Below are positions 55,966 to 64,000 of a DNA stretch of 64,000 nucleotides, piece after piece. Source of the DNA: Bacteroidota bacterium (GTDB lineage Bacteria > Bacteroidota > Ignavibacteria > SZUA-365); assembly GCA_049663345.1 (NCBI GenBank), contig JBATDG010000087.1:33695-97694 (forward strand), in the 5' to 3' direction. The translations under genes were made by a program, and so were the position numbers. Positions within the stretch are counted from its first letter, which is position 1. Each line of letters starts with the position of its first letter. The notes below the pieces were generated by a model, which made no database searches, was not told the DNA's origin, and saw only the letters and a program-made list of their open reading frames with translations.

Positions 55966-56755
55966 CCTCCCAAATTCGACGGAAGCACCGGAGCTGATTT
56001 CGTCGCTCGAGATGCATCAAGGCAGCCGCACGCTTCGTACGGAACTGCTGAAGAAAAAATATAAAAAGCGCTTTGTAGTAAAAGGCGCCACGGTCTCGGT
56101 TCGGCAGGGTGAAATCGTCGGGCTGCTCGGACCCAACGGCGCCGGTAAGACCACGACGTTTTACATGATCACCGGGATGATCCGTCCTACATCAGGCCGC
56201 GTGTACATTGATGACCGCGATATTACCCGGATGCCCATGTACAAACGCTCACGTCTGGGTATCGGTTATCTGCCTCAGGAGGCATCGGTATTCCGCCAAC
56301 TGACGGTTGAAGAGAATCTGCTCGCCACGCTCGAAGTCGTCGGCATGAACAGGAAGGATCGGAAAGCGAAAGCGGAAGAACTGCTGAATGATTTCAATAT
56401 TGCACACATCCGCGGAAGCAAAGGATACATGCTTTCGGGCGGCGAGCGTCGGCGGACGGAAATTGCGCGGGCAATGACGACGAACCCCAGCTTCATCCTT
56501 CTTGACGAGCCGTTTGCCGGCGTTGATCCCATCGCTGTGGAGGACATCATGCGCATCGTAATAAAGCTGAAGGAGCGCAATATCGGCGTCCTCATCACCG
56601 ATCATAACGTGCATGAAACACTTTCCATCGTGGACCGGGCGTATCTGCTGTTCGATGGCAGCATATTAATGGAAGGGGACAAGGAAAAGCTTGCCAACGA
56701 CGAGGAGGCGCGCAAAATGTACCTGGGTGAGAGCTTCCGCCTCGATCGATACTGA
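55952..56755 (+). CDS. lptB: LPS export ABC transporter ATP-binding protein LptB
   Basis: Walker A GPNGAGKTT, signature LSGGERRRTEIARAM, and about 240 aa. The start is 55952 or 56012. Confidence 0.7.
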   Translation: MNAVDLPNSTEAPELISSLEMHQGSRTLRTELLKKKYKKRFVVKGATVSVRQGEIVGLLGPNGAGKTTTFYMITGMIRPTSGRVYIDDRDITRMPMYKRSRLGIGYLPQEASVFRQLTVEENLLATLEVVGMNRKDRKAKAEELLNDFNIAHIRGSKGYMLSGGERRRTEIARAMTTNPSFILLDEPFAGVDPIAVEDIMRIVIKLKERNIGVLITDHNVHETLSIVDRAYLLFDGSILMEGDKEKLANDEEARKMYLGESFRLDRY

Positions 56756-56863
56756 CAATGCTGCGTTCGTAAGCCGGAGTATTTTCCGCGTGAGCTGGAG
56801 AACCAATCCCGCACGGTTCGTGTTGCTATGCTGTAACCATCTCATAACGTTTAATACTCCAGC

Positions 56864-57250
56864 ATGATGCTTGCCTATACAAAAACCACTGAGGGTCTTA
56901 CCGTCACCGTCCAGAGCTACTTTCTGGAAGAGCGGTCTGACGTGATGAAAAGCAGCTTCTTTTTCGTGTATTTCATCAGCATTCAAAACAACGGCACAGG
57001 CCCCTTGAAATTGCTCCGACGTCATTGGTTCATCCATGACGCATCGGCGCAGGATTATGAGGTAGAGGGAGAAGGTGTGGTCGGTGAGCAGCCCATGGTA
57101 AAACCGGGAATGACATACCACTACAACAGCTTTTGCGTGCTCAAATCCTTCGAAGGGTCGATGACCGGCAGCTACACGATGCAGCGGGAAGACGGCAGTT
57201 CCTTCGAGGCGGAAATCCCACGCTTTTATCTCAAGGCCCGTCTGAACTAG
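56864..57250 (+). CDS. apaG: ApaG-domain protein
   Basis: Conserved ApaG/DUF525 motifs (...GEQPMVKPGMTYHYNSFCVL...). Confidence 0.7.
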   Translation: MMLAYTKTTEGLTVTVQSYFLEERSDVMKSSFFFVYFISIQNNGTGPLKLLRRHWFIHDASAQDYEVEGEGVVGEQPMVKPGMTYHYNSFCVLKSFEGSMTGSYTMQREDGSSFEAEIPRFYLKARLN

Positions 57251-57279
57251 ATTTCGAGTTACATCTCGGCAAAAAAAAA

Positions 57280-57305
57280 GTGGCAGAATCGTCTGCCACT
57301 TTTTT
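57280..57305. terminator. Bidirectional rho-independent terminator between apaG and clpC
   Basis: A9-GTGGCAGA-ATCG-TCTGCCAC-T6. Confidence 0.8.
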
Positions 57306-57326
57306 CATATCAATCGGACAAAGTTT

Positions 57327-59882
57327 TTAGATAATATCTTCGCCTTTGTCCACAATCGTGTGCTCTTCCGTCGAATCCTTGTCGCCGGATGCTGCAGTAT
57401 CGGAGGAAGGTTCAAAGTCGAACCCATCTTTGTCTTCATTGAGGGAGACTACAATGCGGCTGCCTTCAGGGAAACGCCCCTTCAGGATTTCTTCCGCAAG
57501 CGGATCCTCAACATGATTCTGAAGCGCGCGGCGCAGCGGTCGTGCTCCGAAATTGGGGTCAAAGCCCTTGTCGGCAAGGAAATCTTTGGCGCCTTCGGAG
57601 AATTCCATCGTGAGGCCCATGTGGCCGAGACGACCGAAGAGCTTTTTTGTTGAAATATCGATAATTCTCTTGATGTCCTCTTTCGTGAGCGCATGGAAGA
57701 CGATGCTTTCATCGATACGGTTCAGGAATTCAGGATTGAACAGCTTTTTCAGCGACTCATCCAGAATTTTCTTCATATCGCGATATGCGTGTTTTTCCAG
57801 AGGCTCTTCACCGAATCCAAAGACGCCATCCCGCTTGATATCACGCGCACCGATGTTTGATGTCATGATCAGAATGGTGTTTTTGAAATCCACACGTCGA
57901 CCGAGTCCATCCGTGATAATACCATCGTCCAGAACCTGGAGGAGGATATTAAACACATCCGGGTGTGCTTTCTCGATTTCATCGAGCAGGACGACGGAAT
58001 ACGGTTTGCGGCGGATCTTTTCGGTCAGCTGGCCGCCCTCTTCGTAGCCAACGTAGCCCGGAGGCGCTCCGACAAGGCGGGAGACGGAAAATTTCTCCAT
58101 GTACTCGCTCATATCGATGCGTACCAAGGCGTCTTCGGAATCGAAGAGATACCTGGCGAGCACTTTTGCGAGTTCGGTTTTACCTACACCGGTGGGACCC
58201 AGGAAAATGAACGAACCGATGGGACGAGTGGGATCCTTGAGTCCGGCGCGGGTCCGGCGGATGGCGCGAACCAGTTTCTCAATGGCTTCGTCCTGTCCGA
58301 TGATTTCTTCTTTCAGTTCATCGCCCATCTTGAGAAGCTTTTGCGACTCGGATTGCGCGATGCGATTGACAGGAATTCCGGTCATCATGGAGACGACATC
58401 GGAAATCACATCGTCGTTGACCTCATGCACGATTGACTGTGCTTCGGTTTCCCACTGACGTTTCGCTTCGTCGAGCTCGTGCAGCAGTTTTTTCTCGATG
58501 TCGCGGAGCCTTGCGGCTTCCTCGAAATTCTGATTGCGCACGACCTGGTTTTTCTCGCTTTTGATCTTCTCGATATCCTCTTCCAGCGCCACAATGTTTT
58601 TCGGCACCACAATATTCTCAAGGTGCACGCGGGCTCCGGACTCATCGAGCACGTCGATGGCTTTGTCGGGAAGGAAGCGGTCAGTGATATAGCGGTCACT
58701 CAGACGAACGCATTCCTGAATCGCCTTGTCGGTGTAGCGTACGTTGTGATGCTCTTCGTACTTCTGCTTGATGTTGTCGAGAATTTGAATGGTTTCATCC
58801 ACGCTGGTTGGATCCACCATGATCTTCTGAAATCGGCGATCGAGCGCACCGTCTTTTTCGATGTGCTGCCGATATTCATCGAGCGTGGTAGCGCCAATGC
58901 ATTGGATGTCGCCGCGAGCGAGTGCGGGCTTGAACATGTTGGAGGCATCGAGAGAACCCGAGGCGCCGCCTGCACCCACTATCGTGTGCAATTCGTCGAT
59001 AAACAGAATGATGTCGAGCGCTTTCTCCAGTTCGTTCATCACCGCTTTCATGCGTTCTTCGAACTGTCCGCGGTACTTGGTTCCTGCAACCAAAGCAGCC
59101 AGATCAAGCGTAACGACGCGCTTGTTGTGCAGCACGCGCGAGACCTTTTTCTGAATAATGCGGAGCGCGAGTCCTTCGGCGATTGCGGTTTTACCCACGC
59201 CGGGTTCACCGATCAGCACCGGATTGTTTTTCTTTCGGCGGGAGAGCACTTGAGCGACACGCTCAATTTCCTTTTCACGACCTACAATCGGATCGAGCTT
59301 GTCTTCCATCGCCATTTTTGTGAGATCGCGTCCGAAGTTGTCGAGCACCGGCGTTTTGATCCGTTCGCTGCGCTTGTCTGCGGCAGCGCTGGCTTCACTG
59401 CGCTCAGGTCCGCGTCCCGCTTCGTTCGCCGTGGGATTAGAAGGCTTACCGCTGATGATGTTGTCGAGTTCGTTGCGCACGAGATCGTACTGCACGTTGA
59501 ACTGGTTGAGTATCTGCGCGGCGATGTTGTCGTCGTCGCGAAGAAGTGAAAGCAGAAGATGTTCCGTACCGATGACCTCGGATTTATACAGCTTTGCTTC
59601 GAGGTAGGTGATTTTCAGCACTTTCTCCGCCTGTTTGGTCAGGGGAATATTGCCAATGGTGATCGTACCTCCCGAAGAGCGGACGGTGTCTTCGATGCTT
59701 TTTTTCACCTGGTACAGATCGCAGCCGAGGTTGCGCAGGATCTTGACAGCGATCCCTTCGCCCTCGCGGATGATACCAAGGAGTAAATGCTCAGTGCCGA
59801 TGTAGTCATGGCCCAGCCGAAGAGCTTCTTCGCGGCTCAGGCGAATAACTTCCTGCACTCTGTTAGAAAAGTTGCCTTCCAT
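57327..59882 (-). CDS. clpC: ATP-dependent Clp protease ATP-binding subunit, ClpC type (Clp_N repeats, two AAA+ modules, short UVR-like linker)
   Basis: Two Walker A motifs ([16 protein letters not shown]), an N-terminal Clp_N repeat and a short middle region rather than the long ClpB coiled coil. Confidence 0.8.
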   Translation of the reverse strand: MEGNFSNRVQEVIRLSREEALRLGHDYIGTEHLLLGIIREGEGIAVKILRNLGCDLYQVKKSIEDTVRSSGGTITIGNIPLTKQAEKVLKITYLEAKLYKSEVIGTEHLLLSLLRDDDNIAAQILNQFNVQYDLVRNELDNIISGKPSNPTANEAGRGPERSEASAAADKRSERIKTPVLDNFGRDLTKMAMEDKLDPIVGREKEIERVAQVLSRRKKNNPVLIGEPGVGKTAIAEGLALRIIQKKVSRVLHNKRVVTLDLAALVAGTKYRGQFEERMKAVMNELEKALDIILFIDELHTIVGAGGASGSLDASNMFKPALARGDIQCIGATTLDEYRQHIEKDGALDRRFQKIMVDPTSVDETIQILDNIKQKYEEHHNVRYTDKAIQECVRLSDRYITDRFLPDKAIDVLDESGARVHLENIVVPKNIVALEEDIEKIKSEKNQVVRNQNFEEAARLRDIEKKLLHELDEAKRQWETEAQSIVHEVNDDVISDVVSMMTGIPVNRIAQSESQKLLKMGDELKEEIIGQDEAIEKLVRAIRRTRAGLKDPTRPIGSFIFLGPTGVGKTELAKVLARYLFDSEDALVRIDMSEYMEKFSVSRLVGAPPGYVGYEEGGQLTEKIRRKPYSVVLLDEIEKAHPDVFNILLQVLDDGIITDGLGRRVDFKNTILIMTSNIGARDIKRDGVFGFGEEPLEKHAYRDMKKILDESLKKLFNPEFLNRIDESIVFHALTKEDIKRIIDISTKKLFGRLGHMGLTMEFSEGAKDFLADKGFDPNFGARPLRRALQNHVEDPLAEEILKGRFPEGSRIVVSLNEDKDGFDFEPSSDTAASGDKDSTEEHTIVDKGEDII

Positions 59883-60066
59883 TGTATTTCCAGGTTGTAT
59901 CTGTCATGATTCAGACGCCTTTCGGCATTCTGTGTGTCCTGATTGGCACACATTCTAATACTACACTACAAAATTCCGCTTTGCAGCGTTCCCCTAAGAT
60001 ACCGACATGTGATTCAGCGATCAAGGCGAAGAGTAGTCCCTACAGCGAGATCCCCGATGCGAAACT

Positions 60067-60837
60067 CTAGAAAATGATGAGCCAGAGTGCATAGTCAAGA
60101 ATCAGGATCATTGCGGAGGAGAGTACGAAGGAGCGTATTGTGGAAAGCCCGACGCCTTCAGCACCGCCGCTGGTTTTGAAGCCGATATGGCAGCCGAGAA
60201 TTGATGTGACTCCCCCGAACGCGATCGATTTGATTATGCCTGAAAAGATGTCCTTACTCTGAAAAAACCGCTCAACACTGCCGAAAAACACCTGTGAGGT
60301 CAGCCCGAGAAAGAAATTCGAAACCAGGTATGCCCCGATAAGTGCGACGCTGTTGGCGAAAATCACGAGTACCGGCATCATTATTACTGCCCCGAGAAAA
60401 CGCGGCATGGCGAGGTAGCGTACCGGATCGATGGCCATGCTTTCGAGTGCGTCGATCTGTTCGGTGACCTTCATCGTGCCGAGCTCGGCTGCAATCGAGG
60501 CGCCGACGCGTCCGGCAATGACAATGGCAGTGAGCACGGGTCCCAACTCAATAAAAATTGCGCGGCTGACTGCGCCGCCGATTAGTGAAAAACTGATCAT
60601 TCCCTGAAATTGATAGGCTGCCTGCCACGCAGAGACCATGCCGGTGAATAATCCGATGATGAGCACGAGCGGCAGTGACCCGACACCGATATGTGCCATT
60701 TGCGCTATTACAAGACGTCGATCGCGGATCAGGCGATGCATGCTGCGAAACACCTTGACCTGCAGCAGAGCCACCTGACCGATCTCTGTGAAAAAGCGTA
60801 TCGTCCGGCGTCCGATAATGTCAATTCCGAATGTCAT
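60067..60837 (-). CDS. mlaE: MlaE/Ttg2B-family ABC transporter permease
   Basis: 256 aa, 5-6 TM helices and a conserved MlaE N-terminus (...QVALLQVKVF...). Confidence 0.65.
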   Translation of the reverse strand: MTFGIDIIGRRTIRFFTEIGQVALLQVKVFRSMHRLIRDRRLVIAQMAHIGVGSLPLVLIIGLFTGMVSAWQAAYQFQGMISFSLIGGAVSRAIFIELGPVLTAIVIAGRVGASIAAELGTMKVTEQIDALESMAIDPVRYLAMPRFLGAVIMMPVLVIFANSVALIGAYLVSNFFLGLTSQVFFGSVERFFQSKDIFSGIIKSIAFGGVTSILGCHIGFKTSGGAEGVGLSTIRSFVLSSAMILILDYALWLIIF

Positions 60838-60898
60838 GGGGTCAATCTACAGATAATTGTCGGGAAAACATTGGGGGCGAAAGAACGTCAGGGCGGCA

Positions 60899-61912
60899 TC
60901 ACCGGTAAATGCGGAGACCTTCCGTGCAGTTGCGGCAAATGGGAATATCGCGGCGGCCGTTGAGTACGCGGTTGCGGAAGTCATGGTATTTCTCGGATTG
61001 CCACACTTCATCGAAGCTGTTTTCCTCGAGGGAGCCCAGAGGATACTCCGCATTTTTGTCAAAACAGCAGGGCACGACAACGCCGTCCCAGGTGATGACG
61101 CTGCGCTCCCAGAGTCGGACGCAGCGATTGTGCAGGCCGCTTTTGGGCTGCAGCTCTCCGTCGACGATTCGATAACGGCTGTAGCGCTCGTCGCGCGGGA
61201 GAAAGCGCTCGGCACTTTCGATAGAATACACCTGCATGGTTTTGAGCGCGACATCGGCATCGTGCGTCTGCGCCAGCGACCGCAGCTGTGGGAGCTGCGC
61301 TTCGTTCTGTCGGGTGACAAGAAGCTGCAGCGTGAGTTCCGTGGTGGCGCTGCGGCCAAGTACGCGTCGGACGGCATCCACATGCGCGAGCGCATCATGC
61401 ACTTTCTGCAAGGAACCGCCCACGCGATATTCTTCATAGACTTCCTGTGTGAGTCCGTCGATGGATACGATAAGGCGATCGAGTCCGGCGCGCAGAAGCG
61501 CATCAACAATTTCGCGGCGGAGAAAATGCGCGTTGGTGCTGATCGATACGAAAATCCGTTTCGAACGGGCATAGGCGATCATGTCCACCAACTGGTTGTT
61601 GATGAACGGCTCTCCCTGAAAGAAAAGTTGAAGGTAGAAAACGTCCCTGGAAATTTCGTCCACAATTTGGCGGAAGTGTTCGAGGTCCATCATGCCGAGG
61701 GGACGCACCATTTCGCCGTTGCCAGAGGGACACTCCGGACATTTCAAATTGCAGCGATTCGTGGGTTCGATAGTGAGGGTGTAGGGCCGTCCCCAGACAA
61801 CGCTCCGGCCGCGGCGGACCGAAAGTTGATAGGAAAGACCGACGAGCAGCAGGTTCCAAGCGCGGCGAAAACTGAAGCAGCGTGTGAGATTGCGGAGAGT
61901 CCGCAGTGTCAT
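60899..61912 (-). CDS. Radical SAM enzyme with a C-terminal SPASM/twitch-like auxiliary-cluster domain
   Basis: CNLKCPEC (Cx3Cx2C) in the N-terminal third. C-terminal GVVVPCCFD...CRNC cysteine cluster. Confidence 0.75.
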   Translation of the reverse strand: MTLRTLRNLTRCFSFRRAWNLLLVGLSYQLSVRRGRSVVWGRPYTLTIEPTNRCNLKCPECPSGNGEMVRPLGMMDLEHFRQIVDEISRDVFYLQLFFQGEPFINNQLVDMIAYARSKRIFVSISTNAHFLRREIVDALLRAGLDRLIVSIDGLTQEVYEEYRVGGSLQKVHDALAHVDAVRRVLGRSATTELTLQLLVTRQNEAQLPQLRSLAQTHDADVALKTMQVYSIESAERFLPRDERYSRYRIVDGELQPKSGLHNRCVRLWERSVITWDGVVVPCCFDKNAEYPLGSLEENSFDEVWQSEKYHDFRNRVLNGRRDIPICRNCTEGLRIYR

Positions 61913-62772
61913 CAGTTATCCTTTCTGCAGATCAGATACCAGGTCGGATTGAACCAGGTGTTGAAGAGTCCGGGCTCATCGCTCACGAGCCGGAGGACGA
62001 AATTTTTCAGGCCGCTGCTCTTCAGCAGCGATACCATTCGGAGGTGTCCTGTACTCCAAACCAGAGCTTCCGGACGAACAAAAAGCATTTGCGCCATCTG
62101 GCGGTTGATAAACGAGGCGTGGAGGCCGCTGTGCTTCAGCAGTCCGGTGAGTTCCGGGAAGCTGAACAGCTGCGCCAGATCTTCACGATCGGCATCGGCA
62201 GGACGCTTTTTCCTGAGCAGCGGACGCAATTTCTCACGCGTCTTCAGGCTGGCAAACGGCAGTCCGAAATGCGGATCGGAAACAATGTTGGAAAGGGCTT
62301 TCCGGTTCGGCGTGCTGAGGTAGAGCAGTCCTTCCGGCGTCAGTACTCGCGTGATTTCCTCAAGCACGCGCGATGGATCAACGACATGCTCGAGCACATC
62401 CTGCAGCACGATGGCATCGAAAGACGCATCCGGATACGGCAGTTCATCCAGAGCCGTCAGATCGGTTTCGATGTCCGGCAGACTTTCATTCAGTGCAGCG
62501 ATGCGGTCGGGATCGCAATCCACGGCTATGACATCCGCGCCGCGGGCGTAGAGCGCCGCGCTGGTCCCGCCGACGCCGCATCCGGCGTCCAGCACAACAG
62601 CGCCGTCGATGGTCATGAATTCGGAGAGGGCTCCGCATACCGCATCGCCCCGAAGCCGGGCATGATCGATGGCACGCTGCCAACGATCATAGTTCGGATG
62701 CGTGTTGTCGAGAGTGTATGTCGATTCGAATGTCGTTTCTATCACGGGATTACCAACGCGGCGGTTTGACAA
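61912..62772 (-). CDS. Class I SAM-dependent methyltransferase
   Basis: Motif I VLDAGCGVGG. Its stop overlaps the radical-SAM start by 1 nt. Confidence 0.75.
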   Translation of the reverse strand: MSNRRVGNPVIETTFESTYTLDNTHPNYDRWQRAIDHARLRGDAVCGALSEFMTIDGAVVLDAGCGVGGTSAALYARGADVIAVDCDPDRIAALNESLPDIETDLTALDELPYPDASFDAIVLQDVLEHVVDPSRVLEEITRVLTPEGLLYLSTPNRKALSNIVSDPHFGLPFASLKTREKLRPLLRKKRPADADREDLAQLFSFPELTGLLKHSGLHASFINRQMAQMLFVRPEALVWSTGHLRMVSLLKSSGLKNFVLRLVSDEPGLFNTWFNPTWYLICRKDN

Positions 62773-63859
62773 AAGACGTGAAACCGGTCAATGTTGAAAA
62801 GAAAATATGGAATCCTTCCCAAAACGCAAGACGAAATCTGCCGGCCTTGCTTTCATTCCAACGAAATGCATGCTGCAGAAAGCCCACATCATACCACAAT
62901 TTCCAAAACCACAAGATGAGTGGGATCACCCGTTCCGGCCCCTGGATGAAGATAGTGAGGGCGATTACTGCGAGGGGGGTGAGTCCTTCGCTGATGACGA
63001 ACAACGCGAGCAGAATAGCGGCACGGCCTCGATAGGCGGCGGATACGCGATAGTGGCGGAGCTTCTGCCTGAAAAGATCTCTCCAGGTTTCCAGTGCTGG
63101 TGAAACAACTATGGCGTCCTGCTGCACACAGACTCCAACGCTTGCGCCATGCCGCAGCATCTGCTGCAGCAGTAAATCATCATCGCCGCCGAGGTGAGCG
63201 TAGATCGAAGGGAGGCCTCCGCATTTTTCGTACATCGTGCGCGAAAATGCCCAGCTGCGGCCGCTCGCCATATACGGAAAACCGGAAGCAGCAGCGGCGA
63301 CGGCAAGCGTGGCTGTGCGCCGTGATTCGAATGCCGCATACGCCGAGGCGCCGCCTTTTCCGGCGGAGAGCGGTGCGAGTCCAATCACAGCATCAATGCC
63401 TTCCGCAAATGCGGATACCATGCCGCGGATCCACGATGAACGGGGAATGCAATCTGCATCGGTGAATAGCAGGAGTTCATGCGACGCGGCCATGATCCCG
63501 GCATGGAGCGCATGCTTCTTGGGTGAAACTCCATCGGGTACCGCATCGATACGGAGAATGCTCAAGGGCAGAGACTCGCTATATCGGAGTGTAGAGTCCG
63601 CTGTTCCGTCATTGGAGCGATCATCCACGATGATGATTTCGAGCAGCTCGCGCGGATAGTCCTGCGCCTCGAGTGCATCGAGCAGTTTCGGCAGCGTCCC
63701 GCATTCATTGTGCGCGGCGACGATGACCGAGACCGGCCTGAGCTCAATGCGTACGGGCGGCTTTCTCAATGCCCGCATCCATCCCCGATACGTGAAGACG
63801 AAGAAGGCTGAACTGAGCACGGCGCATAATACGGCGATTATCTGGAGGACGATGATCAT
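62750..63859 (-). CDS. Family-2 glycosyltransferase (GT2) with C-terminal TM helices
   Basis: An N-terminal TM helix, the motif IIVDDRSNDGT, and DxD-like DAD. It overlaps the methyltransferase start by 23 nt. Confidence 0.75.
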   Translation of the reverse strand: MIIVLQIIAVLCAVLSSAFFVFTYRGWMRALRKPPVRIELRPVSVIVAAHNECGTLPKLLDALEAQDYPRELLEIIIVDDRSNDGTADSTLRYSESLPLSILRIDAVPDGVSPKKHALHAGIMAASHELLLFTDADCIPRSSWIRGMVSAFAEGIDAVIGLAPLSAGKGGASAYAAFESRRTATLAVAAAASGFPYMASGRSWAFSRTMYEKCGGLPSIYAHLGGDDDLLLQQMLRHGASVGVCVQQDAIVVSPALETWRDLFRQKLRHYRVSAAYRGRAAILLALFVISEGLTPLAVIALTIFIQGPERVIPLILWFWKLWYDVGFLQHAFRWNESKAGRFRLAFWEGFHIFFSTLTGFTSFVKPPRW

Positions 63860-64000
63860 GACGGAATCTCTTTCGCATCGCGGACGGCGCGCAGCATCGG
63901 CGGGGTCAGCCAGGCATTGGCGACCAGGCGTCCCGTCACGAGCGCGATGGCGGCAGCGACGGCTCCGACCGCATCGAAAACCATGATGGCGATCGCGAGC
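63856..64000 (-). CDS. 3' end of a further minus-strand membrane-protein gene in the same operon (partial)
   Basis: The minus-strand frame is open from the window edge to the TGA at 63856..63858. The protein ends ...LVANAWLTPPMLRAVRDAKEIPS. Confidence 0.35.
   Translation of the reverse strand, partial: LAIAIMVFDAVGAVAAAIALVTGRLVANAWLTPPMLRAVRDAKEIPS

Noticed and set aside
57327-59882. Assignment as ClpB rather than ClpC
   Set aside because: The middle region between the two AAA+ modules is short and UVR-like, not the ~120-aa ClpB coiled coil. An 851-aa length alone does not discriminate, so the call is kept as ClpC-type with moderate confidence

Overview
This is a high-GC (~58-60%) bacterial chromosomal window. 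Its gene content fits the FCB group (Bacteroidota/Ignavibacteriota-like): at least six proteins end in a type IX secretion (T9SS, Por) C-terminal sorting domain (CTD), alongside a TonB-dependent receptor, many sigma-54-type regulators and overlapping start/stop codons. I recognised no rRNA, tRNA, CRISPR array, transposase or integrase.

Main blocks, in order:
- 1-2.8 kb: a partial T9SS cargo gene and a GT39/ArnT-like membrane protein with TPR repeats.
- 2.8-10.4 kb: a compact putative small-molecule locus: CBS-domain protein, a MIO-type aromatic amino-acid ammonia-lyase (HAL/TAL/PAL family), a GbsR/MarR regulator, a FabH-like KAS III, a sodium:solute symporter, an AMP-ligase and a MaoC dehydratase. 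A 16-bp x12 tandem repeat sits in its divergent promoter.
- 10.4-24 kb: an envelope/secretion block. It holds an IPT/TIG lipoprotein, a beta-barrel outer-membrane protein, an alpha/beta hydrolase, a T9SS CocE/NonD hydrolase, a TonB-dependent receptor, a T9SS PKD protein and a T9SS M14 carboxypeptidase.
- 25.5-40 kb: the most unusual part. Two paralogous modules each carry a sigma-54-family response regulator, a PAS histidine kinase, an adhesin-like T9SS cargo gene with a sigma-54-type promoter and palindromic operator, a conserved covarying stem-loop, and a free-standing CTD-only minigene of 104 aa. The second cargo copy is frameshifted.
- 40-47.5 kb: housekeeping genes (Mrp/ApbC, Nfu, NadK, a thioredoxin-like protein, an OPT transporter), then a standalone PqqD-like protein and an MFS transporter separated by a long inverted repeat.
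- 47.6-52.8 kb: an RsbU/RsbV/RsbW-type partner-switching module with two PP2C phosphatases and a ~215-bp homopurine microsatellite tract between genes.
- 52.8-60.8 kb: an ABC ATPase, a PqqD-like-Memo fusion protein, TatD, LptB, ApaG, ClpC and MlaE.
- 60.9-63.9 kb: an overlapping operon of a radical-SAM/SPASM enzyme, a SAM methyltransferase and a GT2 glycosyltransferase.

All functional calls come from motif and domain recognition by eye. No database search was possible.
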